Notes: generated from the sequence alone by a model not told the origin. A DNA stretch of 35,714 nucleotides from an uncultured Planctomycetales bacterium (GCA_964347585.1 CAYGAN010000016.1:3614-39327), one strand, 5' to 3'. Positions 24,118 through 33,560 are shown, counted from the stretch's first letter. Made by a program: numbers and translations.

Positions 24118-25776
24118 ATGATCCTTGCCCTGGGACAAATCAACACGATCGTCGGCGACATTGAAGGCAACAGCGCCAGGATCCTGGACTGCTTGGCCCG
24201 TGCCAAGCGGGCCGGGGTCCAGCTCGCGGCCTTTCCCGAGCTGGCGATCGTGGGTTACCCGCCCAAGGACCTGCTGCTCAAGCCGAGGATCATCCGCGAA
24301 AACCAAGCCGCCCTGGAGCGGATCGCACGGGCATGCACCGACGTAGTCGCCATCGTCGGCTACGTGGGCGAGAATACGCAGCCTGCCGGCCGGCGCCTTC
24401 ACAACTCCGCCGCAGTTTGCGCCCAGGGCAAGGTCCTCAGCGTACATCACAAGTCGCTGCTGCCGACCTACGACGTGTTCGACGAAAGCCGCTACTTCGA
24501 GCCAGCGCGCGCGGTCCAGCCCACGGTAATCACGCTGCCGGGCAACCAGGGCGTTACGTGTGGTCTGACAGTCTGCGAGGACCTGTGGGGCCAGGATCAG
24601 ACGACTCTGGGCCAACCGATTTACGGCGTCGATCCGATCGCACAATTGGCGGCCAGCGGCGCGGAGCTTCTGATCAACATCGCGGCCTCGCCCTACTGGC
24701 TCGGCAAACACGAGGTTCGCGTGCGCCTGTTCGGCGAGCAGGTGCGCCGGCGCAAACTGCCGCTGGTCTTCGTCAACCAGGTCGGCGGCAACGACGAGCT
24801 GATCTTCGACGGGTCCAGCATGGCGTTCGACGCAACCGGCAAGCTCATCAGCCAAGCCAACGCCTTCGCCGAAGACCTGCTGCTTGTTGATCTGACGGCG
24901 CGCGAGCCGGGCAGGATCGAGCCGGTGCCGACGGGTGTGGCGGCGCTGCACGAGGCCCTGGTCCTCGGCACGCGCGACTACGCAGCCAAGTGCGGATTCA
25001 AAGAAGCGGTGATCGGGCTGTCCGGCGGGATCGACTCGGCCACCACGGCCGCCCTGGCCACGACCGCCCTTGGCAAAGAGCACGTTCACGGCCTCGCCAT
25101 GCCCTCTCGCTACAGCAGCGATCAGAGTCTGGCCGACGCGAAGGAACTCGCGGGGAACCTGGGAATCGACTTTCGGGCCGTCTCGATCGGCGAGTTGCAC
25201 GCCGGATACGAAGAGCAACTGACGCCCTACTTCGAAGGGCTCCCGCCCGACATCACCGAGGAGAACATCCAAGCGCGGATTCGGGCGAACATCCTGATGG
25301 CCCTGTCCAACAAGTTCGACTGGCTGGTCTTGACCACGGGCAACAAGAGCGAGCTTGCCGTCGGGTACTGCACGCTCTACGGCGACATGTGCGGCGGGCT
25401 CGCGGTCATCAGCGACGTGCCGAAGACGATGGTCTATGAGCTCGCGCGCTACATCAACGACAAAGCCGGCCGGCAGGTCATCCCCCAAAGCAGCCTAGCC
25501 AAGCCTCCGTCGGCGGAACTCAAGCCCGGCCAACTGGATCAGGACTCACTCCCGCCCTACGAGACCCTCGACCGGATCCTTCAGCTCTACGTCGAGCAGG
25601 AACAATCGGCTGAAGAGATCGTAGCGGCCGGCTTCGACGAAGCGCTCGTGCGCGAGGTCACGCGGCGGGTGGATCGCAACGAGTACAAGCGCAAACAGGC
25701 TCCGCCCGGACTGAAGGTCACGAGCCGGGCGTTCGGCTTCGGCCGGCGCATGCCCATCGCCGCACGCTATTCCTGA
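24118..25776 (+). CDS. nadE: Glutamine-dependent NAD+ synthetase (CN-hydrolase domain plus NadE synthetase domain)
   Basis: The N-terminal nitrilase-like domain has FPELAIVGYPPKDLL and TVCEDLW (E-K-C triad context). The synthetase domain has GLSGGIDSA (P-loop), TGNKSELAVGYCTLYGDM and RNEYKR. Confidence 0.95.
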   Translation: MILALGQINTIVGDIEGNSARILDCLARAKRAGVQLAAFPELAIVGYPPKDLLLKPRIIRENQAALERIARACTDVVAIVGYVGENTQPAGRRLHNSAAVCAQGKVLSVHHKSLLPTYDVFDESRYFEPARAVQPTVITLPGNQGVTCGLTVCEDLWGQDQTTLGQPIYGVDPIAQLAASGAELLINIAASPYWLGKHEVRVRLFGEQVRRRKLPLVFVNQVGGNDELIFDGSSMAFDATGKLISQANAFAEDLLLVDLTAREPGRIEPVPTGVAALHEALVLGTRDYAAKCGFKEAVIGLSGGIDSATTAALATTALGKEHVHGLAMPSRYSSDQSLADAKELAGNLGIDFRAVSIGELHAGYEEQLTPYFEGLPPDITEENIQARIRANILMALSNKFDWLVLTTGNKSELAVGYCTLYGDMCGGLAVISDVPKTMVYELARYINDKAGRQVIPQSSLAKPPSAELKPGQLDQDSLPPYETLDRILQLYVEQEQSAEEIVAAGFDEALVREVTRRVDRNEYKRKQAPPGLKVTSRAFGFGRRMPIAARYS

Positions 25777-25832
25777 CGCATCCCCCCCGCCCGGATGAAC
25801 AACCAATGGCGCGACGAGCAGCAAACGCCCGC

Positions 25833-26630
25833 TCAAGCCAGATCATCTGAAGGAACCGCCTGGCCGGCGGCTGAGGTACCTTCGAGCTTCTCGGCTGGCG
25901 CGCGCCTACTCCGCAGCTTGCGAAGCATCCCAGGAGCGATCTTCGCCAGCGCCAGCAGCACAAGAGCCGCCTGAATCACAGCAATGTGCCAGACGCTCAG
26001 GCCCAGCGAGGTCGTAGCGGCTGCCAGGAGCGCATAGCGCGGCCAGCGGCCGACGTAGTAGGCGGCGAAGTAGCGGCTGCGAGGGTACCCGTACGTGATC
26101 GCCAACCAGCGAACCACGTCCACCGGGATGGGCAGAAAGGCGAACAGACTCACCACGGCGAAAGGAGACGTGGCGAACCATCCAGCCGCCCAGCGATAGA
26201 CGCGCGTCTGGCGGACCTTGGCGGCCCACCCGAACCGAAGGACGAACGTGAAGACGTGATACTCGCTCAGGTTCGCCATGCACGTCGCGAACGCGCCGGT
26301 GCTGGCCACGATCAGGACGCGCGTCGTCGCACCCTCGGCCAGGCCGACGAAATCAGACGCCAAGAGCATCACGATCCACGTCGTCGGCAGGGGCAAGAAG
26401 GTGCAGCACAGCGAGAGGTAGAAGACGTAGATGGCCAGCAGCCAGACCCGCTGACCCCAGGCAGCACCTTCTTCGTAGCGCCCGAGCGCCCACAGGGCGA
26501 TCGCCGCTAAGCCGACCATCCAGATCACAAAGACCGCGAACCAGAGGCGCAGATTGATCCGCTCGGAAGCCAAGCCGCCCGGCGCAGCCAGAAGCAGCCG
26601 GGCCAGCCCGTTAATCCTCGAACCGCCCAT
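25833..26630 (-). CDS. DedA/VTT-superfamily (YqaA-like) integral membrane protein
   Basis: Polytopic. CCTFLPLPTTWIVMLLAS and FLPIPVDVVRWLAITYGYPRSRYFAAYYVGRWPRY resemble the two re-entrant-loop motifs of this superfamily. The start overlaps the upstream ATPase gene by 20 nt. Confidence 0.55.
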   Translation of the reverse strand: MGGSRINGLARLLLAAPGGLASERINLRLWFAVFVIWMVGLAAIALWALGRYEEGAAWGQRVWLLAIYVFYLSLCCTFLPLPTTWIVMLLASDFVGLAEGATTRVLIVASTGAFATCMANLSEYHVFTFVLRFGWAAKVRQTRVYRWAAGWFATSPFAVVSLFAFLPIPVDVVRWLAITYGYPRSRYFAAYYVGRWPRYALLAAATTSLGLSVWHIAVIQAALVLLALAKIAPGMLRKLRSRRAPAEKLEGTSAAGQAVPSDDLA

Positions 26631-27282
26631 CTTTCATCCGCAGGACGCGGTCGGCGCGGTCCGCGCAGTGCTCGTTGTGGGTGACCATGATCGTGGTCTG
26701 TCCGTAGCGGGCGTGGAACTGCTCAAGCAGGTCGAGGACCCGATCGGCGTTTTGTGAATCCAGGTTGCCGGTGGGCTCATCGGCCAGCAGCAGCCTCGGC
26801 CGGCACGCAATCGCGCGGGCGATGGCTACACGCTGTTGCTCTCCGATCGACAACGCGCCGGGCTTCTTGTTCTTCACGTCGCTCAGGCCAATCTGCTCGA
26901 AAAGCCCGTCCAGCGTCCCGTCCGCGGCCGATTGCCGCAGGCGCATGGCCAGGCGAACGTTGTCCACCGCCGAGATGACCGGCAGCAGGTTGAACCGCTG
27001 GAACACAAACCCGATCTTCTCACGACGCAGTTGCGTGCGCCGGCGCTCGTTGAAGCCAACAGTTTCCTGACCTTCAATGCGGATCGACCGGGCTGCGCTA
27101 GCTGGCGTCATCAGGCCCAGCACATGCAGCAGTGTGCTCTTGCCGCACCCGGACGGGCCCATGATGACGACGAACTCGCTCGGGCGGACGGTCAGGTCCA
27201 GACCGTGCAGGACGGGCGTCACGACCGAGCCGGTCTGATAGCTCTTATGAACGTCCGTCGCTTCCAGAACCACGTCGGGCAT
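26611..27282 (-). CDS. ABC transporter ATP-binding protein (LolD/MacB/FtsE type)
   Basis: Walker [11 protein letters not shown]-loop, signature [14 protein letters not shown], Walker [13 protein letters not shown] and H-loop VTHN. Confidence 0.9.
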   Translation of the reverse strand: MPDVVLEATDVHKSYQTGSVVTPVLHGLDLTVRPSEFVVIMGPSGCGKSTLLHVLGLMTPASAARSIRIEGQETVGFNERRRTQLRREKIGFVFQRFNLLPVISAVDNVRLAMRLRQSAADGTLDGLFEQIGLSDVKNKKPGALSIGEQQRVAIARAIACRPRLLLADEPTGNLDSQNADRVLDLLEQFHARYGQTTIMVTHNEHCADRADRVLRMKDGRFED

Positions 27283-27374
27283 TACTGACCCTCATGGAGC
27301 AACACCACCCGACCCTCGCCGCCGCTGCACTGGCAAACGCGAGGCCCCGGCAACTCGCGCCCCGGGCGCGGGCG

Positions 27375-28574
27375 CTACTCGAACGCCAGCGCGGTCACCG
27401 GATCGAGCTTCGCCGCCCGATACCCCGGATACAGCGCGCTGAGCACGCCGCCCACCGTGCCCACCAGCAACGCCAGAATCAGCCACCGGGCCTCGAGCGA
27501 AACCGTAAGCAACGGCCGAGCCGCCTCAATCACGTACTTGGCCCCGCAAGCCATCAGGATCCCTGCAGCCGTGCCGGCCGAACAAATAAGCAGCGACTCG
27601 ACCACCGCCCCGGCCAGCAGGAATCGCTTCGACGCGCCGAGCGATTTGAGGATCCCGATCTCACGCGTCCGCTCCAGGACCATCGTGTACATCGTCAGCA
27701 GGATCAGCAGGAAGCAAACGATCAGGGCCACCGCGCTGGCGATGTTGATGTACATGTAGATCTGCCCGAAGCTCTCGTACAGGGCGGCACCGAACGCGTC
27801 CTTCAGCTCCACGCGCGCGCCGGTGCGGGCGGCAATGGCGTCGGCGGCAGCGCCAGCCAAGCGCGGATCACTCAACTGAACGCAGTACATCGTTGCCCGG
27901 CGCAGACCGGAGTTCTCGATGTGCCGCATGATCTGAATCGGCGCGAATACCCGGCCGGCCACGCCAGACTCGACCACGCCGACGAGGCGGAACTCCCGGC
28001 CCAGCGCCGTGACGGTCTGGTCAAGCGAGTAGCCCCCAACCGCCTTGAGCCGCGTGTCGATGATCAGTTCGCACCCGCTGGCCACATCTTCTGCGGCGAT
28101 GGCATCGGTATCGTACGCGCCGTTCGGCGCTGCAATCTTGCCGACGGCAGCCTTGAACCGATTGTCCTTGTCAAACTTGCGCCCCTCGACAATGCGATGC
28201 GCCCCGAAGAAGGCGTCCAGGTCGTCGCGATCGATCCCGAAGATTCGCTGCTTCTGGCCGCCGAGCACCGTCGTGCCCCAGAACACGGGGATCACCCGCT
28301 CGACGACGCGCCGCCCACCAGCCGTGGTCTCGGCGATAAGCGATTCGTACTTCTCGCCGAAGTATCCTCCGCCGGTGAAGATCACGCTGTCGCCCGCAGG
28401 CAGCACGAAAAGCTCAGCCTCGATCGAGCCCATCCGGTTGGCGACCTCGTTGAGCGTCCCGTGCGTCAGCCCGAGCATCGTGATCAGCATGGCGATCCCG
28501 ATCCCCACGGCCAGTGCCGCCAGGCTGCTGCGGAGCTTGCGATGGGCAATGTTGGCCAGGGGCAGAAACACCAT
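27375..28574 (-). CDS. FtsX-like ABC transporter permease (LolC/E-MacB type)
   Basis: N-terminal TM (RKLRSSLAALAVGIGIAML), a large extracytoplasmic domain, and a C-terminal FtsX 3-TM bundle (REIGILKSLGASKRFL). Confidence 0.85.
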   Translation of the reverse strand: MVFLPLANIAHRKLRSSLAALAVGIGIAMLITMLGLTHGTLNEVANRMGSIEAELFVLPAGDSVIFTGGGYFGEKYESLIAETTAGGRRVVERVIPVFWGTTVLGGQKQRIFGIDRDDLDAFFGAHRIVEGRKFDKDNRFKAAVGKIAAPNGAYDTDAIAAEDVASGCELIIDTRLKAVGGYSLDQTVTALGREFRLVGVVESGVAGRVFAPIQIMRHIENSGLRRATMYCVQLSDPRLAGAAADAIAARTGARVELKDAFGAALYESFGQIYMYINIASAVALIVCFLLILLTMYTMVLERTREIGILKSLGASKRFLLAGAVVESLLICSAGTAAGILMACGAKYVIEAARPLLTVSLEARWLILALLVGTVGGVLSALYPGYRAAKLDPVTALAFE

Positions 28575-28577
28575 CAG

Positions 28578-29162
28578 CTACTCGCCCTCGATGAGCGCCA
28601 GCAACTCGTCCAGGTGCCGGATAACGTGGTCGGCCTGATCCGCGTACTCAGGCGGCCGGCGATCCCCGACCATCAACACCGTCGTCGCACCGGCCTCCTT
28701 GCCCGCAAGGATGTCGAAGAGGTAGTCCCCGACTGTCCACGTCTCCTCCGGCCGAACGCCGAGCGCCTCGCAGATCGCCCGCACAGGCTCGGGCGAAGGC
28801 TTGACCGCGCCATCCTCGCGCGTCCGAACCGCGTCGAACTCCAGCCCGTGCTTTGCCGCCACCTGCTTGACCGAATCGCGGGAGTTCCGCGTCAGGACCG
28901 CGGTGTGAATCCCTCTCTGCCGGAGCGCCGCCAGCACCTCGGCGGCTGCATCATGCAGCTCGCTATCGGCCGCTGCCTGCGCCTCGTGGCGCTGCAAGAC
29001 CGCCTCCGTCCTGGCCCGCATCTCGCTGGACATATCCGCCATGGCCTCGAGAATCGGCCCGGGCCCGAGGCCCACCTCGGCACGGATCCTCTCGAAGTCA
29101 AGGTACGGCTGCGTGATCGTGCCGTCGAGATCGAAGATCACCAGTCGAACGCGCTGCGACAC
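28578..29162 (-). CDS. HAD-superfamily phosphatase/hydrolase
   Basis: Motif I LVIFDLDGT, motif II VLTRNS, and motifs III/IV K...VGDYLFDILAG. Start moved to GTG 29162, which has GGGAG 6 nt upstream. The track's longer N-terminus is Arg/Pro-rich and overlaps the comEC start region. Confidence 0.8.
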   Translation of the reverse strand: MSQRVRLVIFDLDGTITQPYLDFERIRAEVGLGPGPILEAMADMSSEMRARTEAVLQRHEAQAAADSELHDAAAEVLAALRQRGIHTAVLTRNSRDSVKQVAAKHGLEFDAVRTREDGAVKPSPEPVRAICEALGVRPEETWTVGDYLFDILAGKEAGATTVLMVGDRRPPEYADQADHVIRHLDELLALIEGE

Positions 29163-29204
29163 AGACAGCTCCCATCTTCCCGCGAGTCCCGCCGCGAACG
29201 GCCT

Positions 29205-29210
29205 ATTATA
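29205..29210 (-). promoter_or_regulatory. Perfect TATAAT hexamer upstream of the HAD-ABC operon (candidate -10)
   Basis: The minus strand reads tCTATAATAgg about 43 nt upstream of GTG 29162. The same octamer CTATAATA occurs at the uvrC start. A TACAAT on the + strand (29234-29239) could serve comEC. Confidence 0.25.
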
Positions 29211-29341
29211 GACCACACCGCGGGCGAACAAGGTACAATCACCGCGCGGCAGGGGCGTACCGGCGGCACAGGGCGGCCCGTCCGTCTGACCGATCTGGCC
29301 GCTGACTGGAGCCGCGCAGGCCGCCTCAAGGGGATGCGACG

Positions 29342-31882
29342 TTGCTTTCGGTGGACTCACACGAGCCGCCAACCGACCGCCCGGCGCTGCGTGCGCCCCT
29401 CGTCCCGGTCGCGCTCGGCATGGCAGCGGGCATTCTAACGGATGCACATTGGCCTGTGCCCGCAACGGCCTGCTTGGGGGCGTTCGTCCTTGCCGGTACG
29501 GCGCTCGTCCTGGCCAGGCGCCGTTGGCATTTCCGCCTGCTGACGCTCGGAATCGCAGCCGCCGCCGTTGGCGCGATGATGCACGAGGCCGCATTTCGAC
29601 GCGTGCCCGAGCGCCACGTCATCCGCTACACCGACAGGGTCCCGCGCTTCGCCCGCATACGCGGCACGATCCGCACCAAGCCGATCCTGAACACCCCGAA
29701 GGTCAATGATTTCAAGTTCTGGCTTCAAGGCAAGTATCGCACCAAGTTCGTCATCGAGGCACACGCCCTCGACGGCGTCAACGGGCCGATCGACGTAACC
29801 GGCCTAGTCTTCGTACACGTCGCAGCGCCGCATCTGGGACTCCAGGTGGGCGATGAGATCGAGGCGTTCGGATCGCTCTACCGCGAGCGGCCACCGGACA
29901 ATCCCGGCCAGCGCGACTGGAAGAAGTTCCAGCGACGCCGGGGAATACTCCTCGGTCTGAGCTGCAATCACGCCGAGGCGGTCCGCGTCCTGCGCTCGCG
30001 GGCGGGGACGGCGTGGCAGCGGCTCGTGCAAGCCCTGCGGCAACGGGCACACGCGATGCTGCTCGATCAGACCGCAACGAACGACCCCGAAAGCGCCTCG
30101 CTGCTCCAGGCCATGATCCTCGGACAGCGCAGCCAAACCACGCGCGCCATCGACGAGGCCTTCATCAGAACCGGCGCCGTCCATTTCCTCAGCGTCAGCG
30201 GCATGCACGTCGGGATGCTCTGCGTCTTCGCATGGTGGCTCGGGAGGCTGCTGGGCCTTGATCGGCGAGCGGCCGCGTGGATCGTCCTGGCGATGGTGAC
30301 CGTGTATCTGCTGATCGCCGAGCCGCGCCCGCCGGTACTCCGCGCCTCGGTGGCCGCGGCGATCTTCTGCTTCTCGGTCATTGGAGGACGAACGGTCAAC
30401 TCGGCCAACTGGATCGCGGCCGCTGCCATCGTCGTGCTCGCGCTCCGGCCGACCGAGCTGTTCCAGCCCGGGTTTCAGCTTTCGTTCGGCGTGCTGCTGG
30501 CGGTAGTCTTCCTGTCGCCGAAGGTGCGCGAGACGTTCCGCCGCGTTGTTCTGCGTCGCTCACCCGAAGTGGACCGCCTCACCGTGCCGCCGGATCAGGC
30601 CGGACCGTACCACCGCCTCACGCGGCGCGTACCGCGCTGGCTGGGCTGGTATCTGGCCGTCTCCGTCGCAGCCTGGATGGTCGGCGCGCCGCTGGCGATG
30701 GTCCACTTCCAGCGCGCCTCCGTCTGGGGCTGGATCAACACGCCCGTCATGCTGCCGGTCGTATTCGTGGTCATGGTCGTCGGGTTCACCAAGCTCCTGG
30801 CAGCGGCAATCTTGCCTTCCTCCGCCACGCTGTTCGCCCCGCTGCTTGCGTGGCCAACGAAGCTGCTGGCAGGGCTGGCCAAGGCGCTCGCCCACCTCCC
30901 CTTCGCTTCGGTGAGCTGCGCGGCGCCGCCGATCTATTTGGCGGCTGGCTACGTGGCGATGCTGACGCTCTGGGTCAACCGGCGGCGGCTCGGTCTGTCG
31001 CGGCACTGGCCGGCGCACGCGGCGATCGTGGTGCTGATCGGCGTCTCCTGGTGGCTCGGGCCGTCGGCACAGCGCCGGGCTGGACTGTCCGTCTGGGTCC
31101 TCTCAGTTGACGACGGCAGTGCCACGGTGATCGAGCTGCCCAACGGCAAGTGCCTGCTCTACGACGCGGGGACGCTGGGCGGATGGGATCTGGGATCGGT
31201 CAAGCTCGTGCCGGCCCTGCGCCACCAGCGCGTCAACAGAATCGACGCCGTTCTGATCAGCCATCCGAATACCGACCACTTTAGCGGATTGCTGAGCACA
31301 CACGAGTACGTCCCGATCGAGCGCGTGATCGTCTCGTCGCACTTCGCTCCGCTCAGCCCGCCGGGCAGGCCCAGTCGTCTGCTGCTGGACAGACTTCGCG
31401 AGCACAACGTGCCCATCGACGAGCTCCGGGCCGGCGACCGGATCCGCGGGACCGGCGAAGTCCAGTTTGAGGTCCTCTGGCCGCCGGACGTTCACCAGTC
31501 CCCACCCCTGGACCCCAACGACTCGTCCATCGTGCTGCGCCTCTCCTACGCGGGACGTTCCATCCTGCTGCCCGGGGACGTGGAGGCGCGACCCCAAGAA
31601 GAATTGCTCCGCCGCGGCGGGCTGCACGCCGACGTGCTCGTCCTGCCGCACCACGGCAGCGTCGAGCCTACGACCGCTGCCTTCATCCAGGCAGTCAACC
31701 CCCGCTACGTCATCCGCTCAAGCGTCGTCCGCAACGAACGAACCTTCAGCGGCATCAACGAGTTGGTGGCTGACCGAACCTACTTCAACACCGCCGACGA
31801 CGGCGCGGTCCAGATCAGGATCGAACAGGGCGAACTCTCCGTTTGGTCCTTCGAGTCAGACCGGCGAGGACAAATCCCTTGA
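29342..31882 (+). CDS. comEC: ComEC/Rec2 DNA internalisation channel protein (DUF4131 + competence domain + metallo-beta-lactamase domain)
   Basis: 846 aa. FIRTGAVHFLSVSGMHVG (competence domain), many TM segments, and a C-terminal MBL domain (VLSVDDGSATVIELPNG..LYDAG, VLISHPNTDHFSGL, LPHHGS). TTG start, which is uncertain. Confidence 0.9.
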   Translation: MLSVDSHEPPTDRPALRAPLVPVALGMAAGILTDAHWPVPATACLGAFVLAGTALVLARRRWHFRLLTLGIAAAAVGAMMHEAAFRRVPERHVIRYTDRVPRFARIRGTIRTKPILNTPKVNDFKFWLQGKYRTKFVIEAHALDGVNGPIDVTGLVFVHVAAPHLGLQVGDEIEAFGSLYRERPPDNPGQRDWKKFQRRRGILLGLSCNHAEAVRVLRSRAGTAWQRLVQALRQRAHAMLLDQTATNDPESASLLQAMILGQRSQTTRAIDEAFIRTGAVHFLSVSGMHVGMLCVFAWWLGRLLGLDRRAAAWIVLAMVTVYLLIAEPRPPVLRASVAAAIFCFSVIGGRTVNSANWIAAAAIVVLALRPTELFQPGFQLSFGVLLAVVFLSPKVRETFRRVVLRRSPEVDRLTVPPDQAGPYHRLTRRVPRWLGWYLAVSVAAWMVGAPLAMVHFQRASVWGWINTPVMLPVVFVVMVVGFTKLLAAAILPSSATLFAPLLAWPTKLLAGLAKALAHLPFASVSCAAPPIYLAAGYVAMLTLWVNRRRLGLSRHWPAHAAIVVLIGVSWWLGPSAQRRAGLSVWVLSVDDGSATVIELPNGKCLLYDAGTLGGWDLGSVKLVPALRHQRVNRIDAVLISHPNTDHFSGLLSTHEYVPIERVIVSSHFAPLSPPGRPSRLLLDRLREHNVPIDELRAGDRIRGTGEVQFEVLWPPDVHQSPPLDPNDSSIVLRLSYAGRSILLPGDVEARPQEELLRRGGLHADVLVLPHHGSVEPTTAAFIQAVNPRYVIRSSVVRNERTFSGINELVADRTYFNTADDGAVQIRIEQGELSVWSFESDRRGQIP

Positions 31883-31907
31883 TTTCGCTGGCCCGCTCCC
31901 GCCTAAT

Positions 31908-31924
31908 GGCCGCTCCCAGCGGCC
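31908..31924 (+). terminator. Hairpin 26 nt after the comEC stop
   Basis: ggccgct - ccc - agcggcc: a 7-bp perfect stem with no U-tract. A second stem (ccgcaa..ttgcgg, 31933-31955) follows. Confidence 0.3.
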
Positions 31925-32000
31925 CGGTCGCACCGCAAAGCGCGGGGCGTTGCGGCCGAGTCGAACCGGCAACGAACTCCGACGAACTCAGGAACGCCTT

Positions 32001-33560
32001 ATGCCCGAGCACGACAGACCCCACGGTGACGCTGCAAACCCGGATCCCCGCCAGGTCGAACGCGGCCTGCCCATGGTCTCCAAGTGGGACCCCGAAGCGC
32101 TGGCCAAGGAAAAGGCGCAGCTGGCCGAGCTGCAAGCCAAGCCGTTCTACAAGCGCATCGGCGGGTACGTCTCGCTCGGCGGGCCGGGTTGGCTGCAAAG
32201 CGCCCTGACGCTCGGCGGGGGCAGCGCGGGCTCATCGCTTTGGGCTGGCGCGCTGCTGGGGTACTCGCTGCTGTGGGTCCAGCCGGTCGCCATGATCCTG
32301 GGCATCATCATGATGGCCGCCCTGGCCCACCAGACGCTGTCAACCCAGGCGCGTCCCTTCCAGGCCGTCAACCGATACGCGCATCCGCTGCTCGGCTGGG
32401 GTTGGGCGCTGGCGAGTCTGCTGGCCAGCATCGTCTGGAGCTTCCCGCAGTTCAGCCTGGCCGGCTCGGTGGTCGGCGACATGTTCACCATGGGCTCAGA
32501 TTCGTTCCCCGACTTCATCGTCCGAGCGGGCCGAGCGATCGCCGGGCCGGACGCGACCCCAAAGCAGGCGAGCTCGGACTTCTACGGGGCGCTGGCCGCG
32601 CCCATCATCGTGCTCATCACGGTTTACGTCACGTGGAACTACGGCAAGAGCCGACGAGGCATCCGCGCGTTCGAAACGCTGCTCAAGCTCATGGTCGCCG
32701 GCATCGTGGTGTGCTTCGCCGTGGTGGTCTGGAAGACGGGCGTGAACTGGTCCGAGTTCCGCCGGGGCCTCTTCGGCTTTCACGTCCCGACCAAGGCCAG
32801 TGAGCTGGGCGTGCTGATTGCCGCCTTCGCCACCGCCGTCGGGATCAACATGACCTTCCTGTTTCCCTACACGCTGCTGGCCCGCGGATGGGGCAGAGAG
32901 CACCGCGGCTTCGCCCGGTTCGACCTGGGCACCGGGATGTTCATACCCTTCGTGTTCGCCACGTCGTTCATCATCATCGCCGCCGGCAACGTGCTGCATC
33001 CCAAGTTCCAGCAGGCGCGCACCGAGATCCAGCAAGACACCTCGCTGACCCAGGAGCGAAAGGACGACGCCCTGGCCAAACTCAAGGGCCAGATGCGATC
33101 GGCCGTGTTCATGGCCCAGACACTCGAAGACGCCGTCGGCAAGCGACTTTCGCACATCGTCTTCGGCCTGGGAATCATCGGCATGACCGTCAGCTCGATC
33201 ATCATGCTCATGCTCGTCAGTGCGTTCATCATGATCGAGGTCTGCCACGCCGAGCCCCACGGCTGGGCGTACAGAGTCGGGATGCTCATGCCCGCCGTCG
33301 GCATGTTCGGGCCAATCGTCTGGAGCAAGCTCGCCTTCTGGTGCGTCGTGCCCACCTCGGTGATCTGCTTCTTCTTCCTGCCGATTGCCTACGTCAGCTT
33401 CCTCGTGATGATGAACAGCAAGCGCTACCTGGGCCCCGACCGGCCCGCTGGCGCCAAGCGAACCGCGTGGAATGTGGCCATGCTCCTAGCCATCACCGTC
33501 GTCGGCGCCGGCTGCATCTACATGATCTACACGATCATCCGAAGCCAACTCGCCGGCTAA
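32001..33560 (+). CDS. Nramp-family (MntH-like, LeuT-fold) transporter with a non-canonical TM1/TM6 site
   Basis: LGGPGWLQSALTLGGGSAGSSLWAGALLGYSLLWV aligns without gaps to the Nramp TM1 region (..GP......DPGN.......GY.LLW). About 11 TM segments. ATG 32001 has AGGAA upstream. The part of the track ORF before 32001 overlaps comEC. Confidence 0.8.
   Translation: MPEHDRPHGDAANPDPRQVERGLPMVSKWDPEALAKEKAQLAELQAKPFYKRIGGYVSLGGPGWLQSALTLGGGSAGSSLWAGALLGYSLLWVQPVAMILGIIMMAALAHQTLSTQARPFQAVNRYAHPLLGWGWALASLLASIVWSFPQFSLAGSVVGDMFTMGSDSFPDFIVRAGRAIAGPDATPKQASSDFYGALAAPIIVLITVYVTWNYGKSRRGIRAFETLLKLMVAGIVVCFAVVVWKTGVNWSEFRRGLFGFHVPTKASELGVLIAAFATAVGINMTFLFPYTLLARGWGREHRGFARFDLGTGMFIPFVFATSFIIIAAGNVLHPKFQQARTEIQQDTSLTQERKDDALAKLKGQMRSAVFMAQTLEDAVGKRLSHIVFGLGIIGMTVSSIIMLMLVSAFIMIEVCHAEPHGWAYRVGMLMPAVGMFGPIVWSKLAFWCVVPTSVICFFFLPIAYVSFLVMMNSKRYLGPDRPAGAKRTAWNVAMLLAITVVGAGCIYMIYTIIRSQLAG
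33437..33514 (+). repeat. Copy A of an imperfect direct repeat (3' end of the Nramp-family gene)
   Basis: gaccggcccgctggcgccaagcgaa (25 nt) and caccgtcgtcggc (13 nt) recur at 35248-35324 with nearly the same spacing. Confidence 0.7.

Noticed and set aside
24076-25488. 470-aa ORF antisense to nadE
   Set aside because: The nadE frame carries unambiguous CN-hydrolase and NAD-synthetase motifs. The antisense product is Arg/Gly/Val/Asp-rich low-information sequence.
27294-29438. 714-aa ORF on the + strand, the longest 'extra' ORF in the track
   Set aside because: It lies entirely antisense to the FtsX permease and HAD genes, which have clear family motifs. Its translation is Arg/Pro/Gly/His-rich with no recognisable domain, which is typical of a GC-rich shadow ORF.
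29163-29594. N-terminal extension of the HAD ORF. Similar extensions occur on the MttB-like (4505-4612), mutarotase-like (5601-5729), acyltransferase (14742-14867), Gfo (8528-8593), sat (19581-19652) and pncA-like (22781-22867) ORFs.
   Set aside because: The extensions are Arg/Pro-rich, overlap neighbouring genes or promoters, and precede internal starts that have better SD context and match the usual N-termini of the families.
31467-32000. N-terminal 178 codons of track ORF 31467..33560
   Set aside because: This part overlaps the well-supported 3' end of comEC in another frame and is Ser/Pro/Arg/Thr-rich. The Nramp homology starts after ATG 32001, which also has an SD.
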